NCBI GenBank assembly: GCA_963753345.1
Contig: CAVWBU010000023.1
Span: 1-64,000, forward strand
Direction of reading: 5' to 3'
DNA from: an uncultured Fibrobacterota bacterium
Lineage (GTDB): Bacteria; Fibrobacterota; Chitinivibrionia; Chitinivibrionales; FEN-1185
Length of the DNA: 64,000 bases
In this document: in pieces, positions 52,093-61,391 of the stretch
Position numbering within the stretch: the stretch's first letter is position 1
Layout of the letters: each line of letters starts with the position of its first letter
Position numbers and translations under genes: made by a program
Notes under the pieces: model-generated
The model's database searches: none
Seen by the model: the letters and a program-made list of their open reading frames with translations, nothing else
What the model was told of the DNA's origin: nothing

Positions 52093-53982
52093 ATGCCCTT
52101 TTCATTAAACGATTTTACAACCATCAAGAAGATGAACGACGGCGCCATGGGGACCGTGTACAGCGCGATACACAAGGTCTCGAAACGCAGGGTCGTCATC
52201 AAGGAGCTCGCCTCGGGGCTGATGGCCGGCGACAGTCTTGTAAAGCGCCTTTCGGATGAAGCCAGAGCGGCCGCCGCCCTGGACCACGAAAATATCGCGC
52301 GCGTGTTCGATTTCGGCGAAGAGCACGGGGCATTCTACGTTTGCATGGAGTATGTTGACGGATGGGATTTCGAGCACCTCCTGCAGCAGCCCCAGCCGAT
52401 GCCTCTTGCGATAGGAGCCATGATTGTTCTTCAGGCATTAAAAGGTCTGTTTCACGCACATAGCAAGGACGTTGTGCACTGCGACGTCAAGCCGGGCAAT
52501 ATTCTGATTTCCAGAACCGGAAGAGTGAAGGTGGTCGATTTCGGCTTCGCCTTTGCGGGGACGCATTCGCGCGAGCGCATCGATCCGACGAAAGTTTTCG
52601 TAACCCCGGCCTATGTTCCGCCGGAGGTGGTGATGGGGAGCCGGCAGCAGGATGTGTACATGGACATCTGGTCGTGCGGGGTTCTGGCCTACCAGATCCT
52701 GGCCGGCGAGCGCCCGTTTTTTTCCGTGGACCCGGCCTCCCTCATGTTTTCCATCGTGTATGAAAGGGAAAGGGAAGTCCGGCTGCTGGCGCCGGTGGTT
52801 CCGGACACCGTCGCAGGCGCTGTTTTCAACTGCCTTAACAAAGACAAACTGCTGCGTCCGCCGACGCTCGGGCCGCTCATAGAATCGCTCGAAAATTTTA
52901 TCACCGAACTCGGGGTTCGGGACGTCCAGAAATGCGTGTGTGATTATCTCGGCGGCTCTTTCACAACGCCGCCCTATCTGGCCGGGCTTCTGGTTCGGTA
53001 TCATCTCCGGAAGGCGGAGGTATTGCGCGATGCCGGCGATGCGCTCGGCTCCGAAGCGCATTTCAGCGAGGTTGAACGCTACGGCGGCAAGGACCTGCTC
53101 CCCAAAAAATGGAGAATAACGCGTCAGGCGCCGGCGGGCGCGAAAGCGTTGAAGCAGGAAAACCGGCGTGCCGTGTATTTGTCAAGACAATTCTGGGCAG
53201 GGGCGATAGTCCTCGGGGTTTCGGGCATCTTGTCGATTGCCGGCATATCGGCGTTCATAGGGATCCAGACGCTCTCAACGCCGCACGAGACCGCCGGCCG
53301 GGCTCCGTTGGACACCGCAACATCCGCACTCAGCGTTTCAAAAATCCAGGTTCACGAGCAGGTGAAGCCGCAGCAACACGACAGTGCCCTGCAACCGGCC
53401 GCTGCTACAGTCGACCGCCAACCTGCCTCCGCCGATGACACGCTAGAGACCCAGCCAAGTCTGCCGCGCCCCGAGGCAACAAAGAAAAAGAAGCCCGCTG
53501 GCCTTCATGCAACGGAGCGCCCCCCCATCCAGGAGGCAAGCGCCGTGATGATCGGGACATTGCGGCTCAGCATTGATCCCCTGCAGGCGCACGTGCTGGT
53601 CGACGGCATAAAAATCCCCAACGCCACGTTGTCCGAAGGGGCGCGCCTCACCGTGGGGAGCCATTCGCTTGCCGCGTTCTGCGACGGGTATGCCACCTAC
53701 AACGGCACGGTGCGAATCGAACGCAACGAAACGCAGGCGCTAACGGTGGCGCTCAGGGCGCTCGAAAAAGGCACCGGTCTGCTCCATGTCCATTCGTACC
53801 CCTGGGCGGAAGTGTATGTCGACGATGTGGACAAGGGTCCGTGCCCGACCCAGCAGCCCATAGCGCTTTCCGAGGGCGATCATGTGGTGGTTGTCAAACG
53901 GGACGGCTTCAAGCCCCACTCGGAAACGGTCCACATTGCCAGAGGGGAAGAGTCCCGCCTCAAGGTCGAGCTTTCACAATAA
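52093..53982 (+). CDS. Ser/Thr protein kinase with TM segment and two PEGA domains
   Basis: GAMGTVY, VVIK, HCDVKPGN, DFG and YVPPE motifs; C-terminal PEGA repeats. Confidence 0.92.
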   Translation: MPFSLNDFTTIKKMNDGAMGTVYSAIHKVSKRRVVIKELASGLMAGDSLVKRLSDEARAAAALDHENIARVFDFGEEHGAFYVCMEYVDGWDFEHLLQQPQPMPLAIGAMIVLQALKGLFHAHSKDVVHCDVKPGNILISRTGRVKVVDFGFAFAGTHSRERIDPTKVFVTPAYVPPEVVMGSRQQDVYMDIWSCGVLAYQILAGERPFFSVDPASLMFSIVYEREREVRLLAPVVPDTVAGAVFNCLNKDKLLRPPTLGPLIESLENFITELGVRDVQKCVCDYLGGSFTTPPYLAGLLVRYHLRKAEVLRDAGDALGSEAHFSEVERYGGKDLLPKKWRITRQAPAGAKALKQENRRAVYLSRQFWAGAIVLGVSGILSIAGISAFIGIQTLSTPHETAGRAPLDTATSALSVSKIQVHEQVKPQQHDSALQPAAATVDRQPASADDTLETQPSLPRPEATKKKKPAGLHATERPPIQEASAVMIGTLRLSIDPLQAHVLVDGIKIPNATLSEGARLTVGSHSLAAFCDGYATYNGTVRIERNETQALTVALRALEKGTGLLHVHSYPWAEVYVDDVDKGPCPTQQPIALSEGDHVVVVKRDGFKPHSETVHIARGEESRLKVELSQ

Positions 53983-54011
53983 CCGGGGTTGACAAAGGCT
54001 ATTCGCGGCGC

Positions 54012-54740
54012 CTAGAACGAAAACGCGACACGAGCGCCGTTGGGTTGCAGTACAAGTGAAACCTTGTGCGGCGCGGGTTCCTTTTTGGCAAGCAATACGA
54101 TGGAAACGGGGACAAGGACGGCCGCGACTCCAGCGGTGATGCCACCGCCGATATACAGATTGCGGTACTCGTTGTAGTAATAATTGAAGTTCGCGCCCGG
54201 ACCGGTAAGCGCATTGTATTTCTGCATGTCCTGGTAACCGAAATAAAAACAATTTGCGCTCACGCCTGCCGAAACAATCCCGCACACAAGCAGGGTTACC
54301 GGAAGAGCGACGCTTTTCTTCTGGACCTGAACGATGACCGTCGGTTTCTTCTTGATGACGGTGTCCATGGTCGCAAGCGTCTTTTCCAGTTTGGCCTGTT
54401 TGAAGACAATGGCGATGGTCGGCTGCACTTCGAGCGTGTCGATATCCATTCCCGGGAATTTATCAAGCGCTGTTCTAAAGGCCGCCTTTGCCTGGTCGAC
54501 CCGGTTGAGCATGGCAAGAGAGAAACCGTAGTACTTGTATCCTTCCCGCTGGTCGGTCCCGGACAGGAGCGGCAGGAGCACGGCACAACTGTCGGCCGCC
54601 TTTTTATAGTCGCCGTCCTTGAAACTTGCTATGGCCTTTTCAAGACGGCCATGGCTTTCGGCATTCTGAGCGTGCACGCTTTGCATGCCTGCCTGAATTG
54701 ACAGGAAGAAAAACGCCGACACGATTACAATTTCACGCAT
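54012..54740 (-). CDS. Exported TPR-like protein with C-terminal hydrophobic segments
   Basis: Signal peptide, TPR-like helices, VAFSF end. Confidence 0.65.
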   Translation of the reverse strand: MREIVIVSAFFFLSIQAGMQSVHAQNAESHGRLEKAIASFKDGDYKKAADSCAVLLPLLSGTDQREGYKYYGFSLAMLNRVDQAKAAFRTALDKFPGMDIDTLEVQPTIAIVFKQAKLEKTLATMDTVIKKKPTVIVQVQKKSVALPVTLLVCGIVSAGVSANCFYFGYQDMQKYNALTGPGANFNYYYNEYRNLYIGGGITAGVAAVLVPVSIVLLAKKEPAPHKVSLVLQPNGARVAFSF

Positions 54741-54888
54741 ACCTGTTCTCGATTCTGCTGATGCATCACTTTGGACGGGAAATACCGAACCGCCGCCCTT
54801 CTGAAAATAAGGTTTTCCGGGGAAACAGTCAACTTTTGACAAATGAATGAGATGGGCGCCCCGCTATTTTTGTTTTAAAACTTAGAAT

Positions 54889-55329
54889 TTGGGCGTTCCC
54901 CTCCCCCTCGACAAAGCTCGGGGTCGCGTCGGTCTCCTTCCGGGCTCGGCTATTCGCCTCGTTGCCGGACCGCCCCGAGTCGCCTTCGGCGAGGAGTCGG
55001 CCGGCAATTCGCTTTAGCTCACCCTCCAGTCCACCTAACGCGCGGCAGAGGGATTCTATTCAGTCAAGAGTTTCTTCTCTCGCCAATCGGTATCCCAAGC
55101 AAATCAATCAAGACTTCTTCTTTGATTTTTCAACTCTTCAATCTTTCAACCATTCAACGTTTCAACTTTTTCTTTGCCACTGCTCTCCTTGGGTGCCCCC
55201 CAACCGAAGCAGCTTTCTTGCAAGTAAACTTACTTTGGGGCCACCCAGGAGGGGGTAGCAGAGGACGCCGAAGGCGGCCGGAGCGAGGGGGACGACCCTT
55301 GGAAGTACCCGACGGGGTAAACCTCCCCC
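54889..55329 (-). repeat. Bipartite element copy 8: B (55178-55329), octamer spacer, A (54889-55090)
   Basis: Reverse complement aligns with copies 1, 2 and 7. Confidence 0.92.
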
Positions 55330-55466
55330 ACTATATTCTGGTCTATTGCATCATCTATTATCATTGACAATAAAAACAGTATATTATCGGCAGAGCCCCT
55401 TCGGACCCATCACCGTCTCTTGTTCGGCGTCATCATAACCTCCACCTCATTCCCTTGGGGGACCCG

Positions 55467-58098
55467 ATGCACCTGTCACGCTTTCCCCTGTCAACCATCG
55501 TCGCGACGCTCCTAGCCACATTCATTTCCCCGCACCAAGCCGGTGCAACGCATCCGTCAATCTTCTTCTCTGCTCAGCGACGTTGCAGGCATCCGGACAA
55601 AGGCAACCACCACGCACGCCGCCATCATGCAGCCGATAGTCTCCTGTGCAAACTCACTGCTGCCGCTTCCCGTGCCCACGGCGCCAACGGGCGCGGCTTC
55701 TTCCGATTTGAGCCTGGATTCCCGGGACGTGACAGTGCTCGCTTTCGCCTATGTCGCGACCGGCGACAGCCGCTACCTGGCCCTGGCGCGGCAGTACCTC
55801 GCCGCGTTCGCCGCGTGGCCGGTCTGGGGCGCGGACGCCACGCTCGGAGACCGGGACCTTTCGCTCGGGTACATGTTGCGGGGCTGCGCCATGGCCTACG
55901 ACTGGCTGTACGACAGCCTGGCGGCCGCCGACCGCGCCGCAATGCGAAGCGCATTAGTCAAGCACAGTCAGGAGATGTACGAAGCGGCTTCCGGGCCTTA
56001 CAATGCCGCATGGGGAAACTGGTGGCCGGAATCCTACGGCCAGAACCACTGGGACAACAACAACACGGCGCTGGGAATCGCGGCCCTGGTTCTCAGCGGG
56101 GAATGCGACAGCAGCACACTATGGCTCACGCATGTGATTGCCGAAATGCGAAAAGACAGCTTCGACCTCGCAAACATCGGCGACGGCACATGGCACGAAG
56201 GATGTCTGTACCAGGACTCAAAGCTCACCGCTACCATGCCGTTCTATTTCAATCTCAAGCGCCTCAGGAACATCGATTTGTATCCGCACAATTACCTGTC
56301 GCAGTTTGCGCTGTTCGCTCTGTACAATTATCTGCCGCTCGACCGGCAGATGGCCCTGGACTTCTCAAGCTACATTGACGACTGGGGCGGGTGGCTCTCC
56401 GCAGCCGGATATTCGCTGCTCGCGCTTGCCGGATCGGAATGCGGGTCCGGCTACGGTCAGTGGCTCTGGAACAAAATGGGAACCGACCTCGGCCGCAGCT
56501 CGTACCAGGCCGGAAACCATGTGCCGGAGTTCTTCTACTATTCGCCTTCCGCACTGTCAACTGCGCCGACCGGCCTGCCGCTGTACAGGACATTCACCGA
56601 CCTCCAGGGCGTCATCTGGCGCACGGGCTGGGGCGACAGCGACCTTACGTTCGGGCTCAAGACCGGCGCCTACGGCGGAACGTTCCTTTACAATCAGTAC
56701 CTGTCGAAAAAATATCCTTTCGACACGGCCGGCGCAAACCTCAACGTGGGCCACAACCATGCCGACGCAAACACGTTCTGGCTGTACCGCGGCAACGTCA
56801 CCCTGATCGGCGAGAACGAGGGCCGCAGCCTGTATAACGACCTCGGCACCGCGTACCAGTCCTCGTCGCACAACACGCTCCTTGTTGACGGCAGGGGACA
56901 GTATTTCCCCACAAACCAGACCGGCGTCTACGCGGACAACGACGGCAGCCTGAAGACCGTCTGCGATGTTGCGGGATACGACTTTGTTGAGTCCGATGCG
57001 TCAAAGAGATGCCGGGCAACAAACACCGACGGTTCCATGGGGCCGCTCATGGTTTCCCTTTTCGTAAGAAATGTCCTGTTTGTAAGGCCTTCGTATTTCA
57101 TCATCGTCGACAATGTTGCGGACAGCACCGCCCATGCCTACGAACTGCGGTTCCATTGCGCGGATTCGGCAATCATCGACACCACGGGTGGATGGGCGCG
57201 CGCGTCGAGTTCCGGCGGCAACGTGCTCGGCATAAAAACGCTCTCCCCAGTGCCGTTCGCGTACGACACGGTTGATTCCGCGAAGCCGGCCGTGCTGATT
57301 AGGCCGCCGCAGGCCGTGAAACGCGCGGACTTTGTCCATGTTCTCTACCCTACGCAGGCTTCCACATGGTCGGCCAGGCCGCAATTCTCTCTTGTCAACC
57401 AGACCCTGTCGGCCACCGTTGTCCATGTGAGCGGCAGTGGAACGTTCGACCACATCATCCGCCATGCGGACGCGGCCGACACCGTCACCGCCGGGAATTA
57501 CGTGATCGACGGCAACGCGGCGAGCGTCGGCAGGACGGCCGACGGAAGCGTGAAAGACCTTTTCCTGGCCGCGGGCACCTTCGTGGCCGACAGCGCCGGC
57601 CGCAGGCCTCTTTTGCAAAGCGCCGCAGGCGTGAACGCCGTGCACGCATCCATAACCGACACCGCGGTGACGGTGTGGCTCGACGACAAAAGCGCGCTCA
57701 ACCTCAGGCTCTACGCCCCGCAGGCGACGCCGTCGATGGTGCGCGTGCCGGGACGGAACGCCTCCGCCTCCGCCGCGAACGGGTACCTCACCATCACCGA
57801 AACCATGCGCGTCGCTCCGGGCAATGCCGTGCGTTCGGGCGGCCCGGCCGCCGCATTCTCTTTTGACAAGAGACACGGAGTGGTTCGCATCCTGTCTGCA
57901 CGGCCGGGCAACGTGACGGTGCGCCTGTACCGTCTCGACGGAAAATGCGTGTGGAAAAGCGGCGAAACGGCTGCGGGTCCCGGACAAAGCATCTCGGTGC
58001 CGATCGACCTGCGACGCAGGGGGCATGCCACGTACATCGTGCGCGTTGAGATCAACGGCGCTGTGGCCGGGCAGTCGCTGGTGCAGCTGGCGGAGTAA
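55467..58098 (+). CDS. Secreted heparinase II/III-like (DUF4962-type) polysaccharide lyase with C-terminal tail; frameshift at ~55573
   Basis: Signal peptide + HPSIFF, then AYDWLYD, QNHW, WHEG..Y, GHNHAD and HNTLLVDG. Confidence 0.8.
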
Positions 58099-58212
58099 CG
58101 GCGGGGAACGCGGTTTGTCAATTGAAGAACCCCGTTGACCCATCGCTCCCGCAATACTACACTTTTCGTGGGTACTCGTTTGCCCGCATACCCTTTTCCG
58201 GGGAAAGCCGTT

Positions 58213-59334
58213 ATGATTCCAGCGATGCTTTGTGTCGTGCTTGCGCTGGTGCCGCAGCTTCACGCGGCAGGAGCGACAAAGACGGCACCGCGGCAGAAAC
58301 CCGCCCCCTTCGTTTCCCTCATGGGCGCATCCGCCTGGAAATTGACAAAAGCATACCGGTCAATCGAACCCTGGAAATGCACCGACAGCCTTTTCGAGCC
58401 CAGCGACGGCTGGATCGCCACCGACGCGGTGTGGGGCGATTTCGTGCTCGAAGGCGAGTTCCTGTACAATGGAAAGAGCGAGGGAGGGGTGCTGGTACGC
58501 GGCGACAAAGAAGCATGGATTCCCTGGCTTCACGGATATAAAATGGACATCGACGCGGATATGCCCGGCACCGGCCACATCCACTTCCCCTTCCGGCCGC
58601 AGCCGAACCCCGGCGTGGTCCAGTTTCCCGTTGATGTGTGGCAGCATTTTTCCATCCGCGCGGCCGGGCAGGTCATATCGGTAAAGCTTGACGGAAAAGA
58701 AGTCATCAAGTTCCGCGACGACCACTACCGGTACGGCTCCATCTGCCTGGAAGGCGAAAAGGGCGGATTGCGATACCGGAATTTGCGCGTCCAGAGGCAA
58801 GACATTACAACTCCGGCTGGCCCGCGCTCGCCCTACACCGAGCTTTTCGACTCGGCCGCGCCGCCGGGGATGAAGACCGAGGGCGCTGTTTCGTTTGCAA
58901 ACGGCGTCGTGGAAATCGACGGCAGCGCCCGGCCCGCCTCGGTCCGGTTCCCGCAGGCCGTTGTTGCGGGCGCGGTGGAGCTTGACGTCTGGTGCAAGCG
59001 GCGCCAGGGGTCAATGGCGCCCTACCGGATCGGCTTTCTTGCCGGAGCTCCCGGTTCCGGCCCCTGCTTTACGTGCAGGAACAACCGCGTCCAGCCGTGC
59101 GCGACCGGGCAATGCACGTCCCTGTTTCCCATGTTCATGGAGACCACCTGCGCGGAAACGTGGCGGTTTGAGATCACCCGCAGGAGCATCGACGCGATCC
59201 GGTTCGGCGAAAAGGTTATGTCGTGCTCAGACATCGTCCCGAAGGGTTCGACGCTCTGCGTCTCCGCCGACTCGTGCGTGTTGCTGCTGAGAGGAGCGAG
59301 AATGATGGCAAGGAGTTCGGTGATTTCCAAATAG
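58213..59334 (+). CDS. DUF1080 (3-keto-disaccharide hydrolase-like) domain protein
   Basis: WGDFVLEGEF, GGVLVR and GSICLE...YRNLRV motifs. Confidence 0.72.
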   Translation: MIPAMLCVVLALVPQLHAAGATKTAPRQKPAPFVSLMGASAWKLTKAYRSIEPWKCTDSLFEPSDGWIATDAVWGDFVLEGEFLYNGKSEGGVLVRGDKEAWIPWLHGYKMDIDADMPGTGHIHFPFRPQPNPGVVQFPVDVWQHFSIRAAGQVISVKLDGKEVIKFRDDHYRYGSICLEGEKGGLRYRNLRVQRQDITTPAGPRSPYTELFDSAAPPGMKTEGAVSFANGVVEIDGSARPASVRFPQAVVAGAVELDVWCKRRQGSMAPYRIGFLAGAPGSGPCFTCRNNRVQPCATGQCTSLFPMFMETTCAETWRFEITRRSIDAIRFGEKVMSCSDIVPKGSTLCVSADSCVLLLRGARMMARSSVISK

Positions 59335-59355
59335 AGACGACGATAGTATACATAC

Positions 59356-59760
59356 TTGGGTGCCCCGCCGCTTTGCGGCGGCGGCCGTCCTTCCGGTCTC
59401 GGCCTCCGGCCTCGGGCCGCCACGGCCCTATGGCCCACAGGGCCGGGTCCGGGCGGCATCCCGCTCTAGCAGAACCTCCAGTCCTGCCTGGCGCGCGGCA
59501 ACCGAATTTTCTTCAGTCATTTACTTTTTCTCGCGCCAATCTGTATCAAATTAAATCAGGCAAGGCTTTTTTTGTTGGAACTTCTCAACCTCTTCTTTTC
59601 AACAACTCTCCTTGGGTGCCCCCCAACTACAGCTTTACACTTGCAACTACTCCAACTTGGGGGCCACCCATGAGGGGGTAGCGGAGGAACGGCGCGCGGT
59701 TGACATTGTGATATCACCGGGGAGAGCGCGCCGGGCCGGAGCGAGGGGAATACTTCCCCC
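59356..59760 (-). repeat. Bipartite element copy 9: B (59603-59760), spacer, A (59356-59543)
   Basis: Full layout. Confidence 0.92.
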
Positions 59761-59880
59761 ACATGCAACCTCTATTGCTTGCCAAAAATCATCATCCTGA
59801 AATTTATGGACTAAGCCCTGTTCCGCAGCGTATCTTTCTGAGGAGAAAAAATCCCCCGAAAGAACCCGTATCTGCTATCA

Positions 59881-61218
59881 ATGAAAAAATCATCCGTACG
59901 CTCAAAGACCGCTCCGCGGTCCCATGGCATCAAGCTCCGGCCCGACAAGAAATCCGAAATCCGCGACGCGCTTGTCCGAGAGCGCGACCTGCTCAGGCTC
60001 CTTCTCGACGAACTGCCCGACAATATCTACGTCAAGGACCGCGAGGGCCGCTACGTCTTCGACAACAGGGCGCACCGGAAGTTCCTCGGAGCGAAGACGG
60101 AGCAGAACGTGTCGGGCAAGTCGGTGTTCGACTTCTTTCCCAAGGCGCTTGCGCAGAAGTACGACGAGGACGACAGAAAGGTCATCGCCTCCGGAAAGCC
60201 CCTGCTCAACCGTGAAGAACCGATCACCGACGCGGCCGGCGCCGACAAATGGGTTGCCACCTCAAAAATACCGGAATTTGACAGAAAGGGAGCCGTATCG
60301 CGGCTCGTGTGCATCAGCCGCGACATCACCGACCGCAAGCGCTACCAGGACGCGCTGGAAAAGACCAAGGCCGAGCTCGAGACGCGCGTGAACGAGCGCA
60401 CCGCCGAGCTCAAATCGGCCAACGAACGGCTCCGCGAACAGATCAAGCTGCTGCGGGAAAAGGCGCGCCTCGACGCCGAGCTCGAGGCCGCCCGGAGCAT
60501 CCAGCAGCGGCTCACGCCGTCCTTCAGGCCGAAAATCCCCCGTGTCAATCTCAGGGGAGCGTACTTTCCAGCCTACGAGGTGGGGGGCGATTATCTTGAC
60601 TACTTCCAGAACGAGACGGGAAACTGGGTGATTGCCATCGCGGACGTGTGCGGCAAGGGAATTCCCGCGGCGCTGCTCATGGCCATGCTCCGGTCAACGT
60701 TCCGCGCGAGCGCGCGGCGCGAAACATCGGCGCGCGAGCTTTTGTGCTCGGTCAACGATTCCATTTCAGCAACCATCGACCACCGGTCGTTCATCACCGC
60801 CCTCTGCCTCATCATCGGCAGCGACGGCCTTTCCATGTCGTATGCCCGGGCCGGTCATCCGCCGCTGCTGCGGCTCGGCGCGGGCGGCAGGCCGCCGGAG
60901 GAGATGAAGTCGGAGGGCCTCGCTCTTGGCCTGGCGCCCGACAACGCCACGTTCAGGTCCGGCCTTGAGGAGACGGCTATTCGCCTTGACATCGACGACC
61001 GCTTCTTCATGTACACCGACGGCCTTATGGACGCCGAAGGAAAGGGCAAGGAAAGCTTCGGCCAGGAACGCATATGCGCGCTTCTCGCCTCCCTGCCGGG
61101 CGTCGACGCAGAGGGGCTTGTCACGCAGGTGATGGAGCGCATCCGTCAATTCGCGGGCGGCGTACCGTACCGCGACGACATGACCATGTGCGCCCTGAAC
61201 GTGACCGGTGCGGCCTGA
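59881..61218 (+). CDS. PAS + SpoIIE/RsbU PP2C phosphatase
   Basis: IYVKDREGRY PAS; VGGDY.D, ADVCGKG, RAGH, YTDG and DDMT motifs. Confidence 0.93.
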   Translation: MKKSSVRSKTAPRSHGIKLRPDKKSEIRDALVRERDLLRLLLDELPDNIYVKDREGRYVFDNRAHRKFLGAKTEQNVSGKSVFDFFPKALAQKYDEDDRKVIASGKPLLNREEPITDAAGADKWVATSKIPEFDRKGAVSRLVCISRDITDRKRYQDALEKTKAELETRVNERTAELKSANERLREQIKLLREKARLDAELEAARSIQQRLTPSFRPKIPRVNLRGAYFPAYEVGGDYLDYFQNETGNWVIAIADVCGKGIPAALLMAMLRSTFRASARRETSARELLCSVNDSISATIDHRSFITALCLIIGSDGLSMSYARAGHPPLLRLGAGGRPPEEMKSEGLALGLAPDNATFRSGLEETAIRLDIDDRFFMYTDGLMDAEGKGKESFGQERICALLASLPGVDAEGLVTQVMERIRQFAGGVPYRDDMTMCALNVTGAA

Positions 61219-61391
61219 AGAGCGCGGGAAAAAATGTGAGCGTTGCCCCCTCCTTGACCTTTGCCATAACCATTAAAATAAATCGGACGGATAGCCAGCC
61301 GCATGTTCAACAGCCATCTGTAAAACTGTGCGCCACGATCTTTCCCCGATCGTGTACCGTCCGCAAAGATCGCTGTTGAGGACTACACTAC

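Noticed and set aside
55364-55387. sigma70 promoter TTGACA...TATATT
   Set aside because: The spacing is only 10-12 nt.
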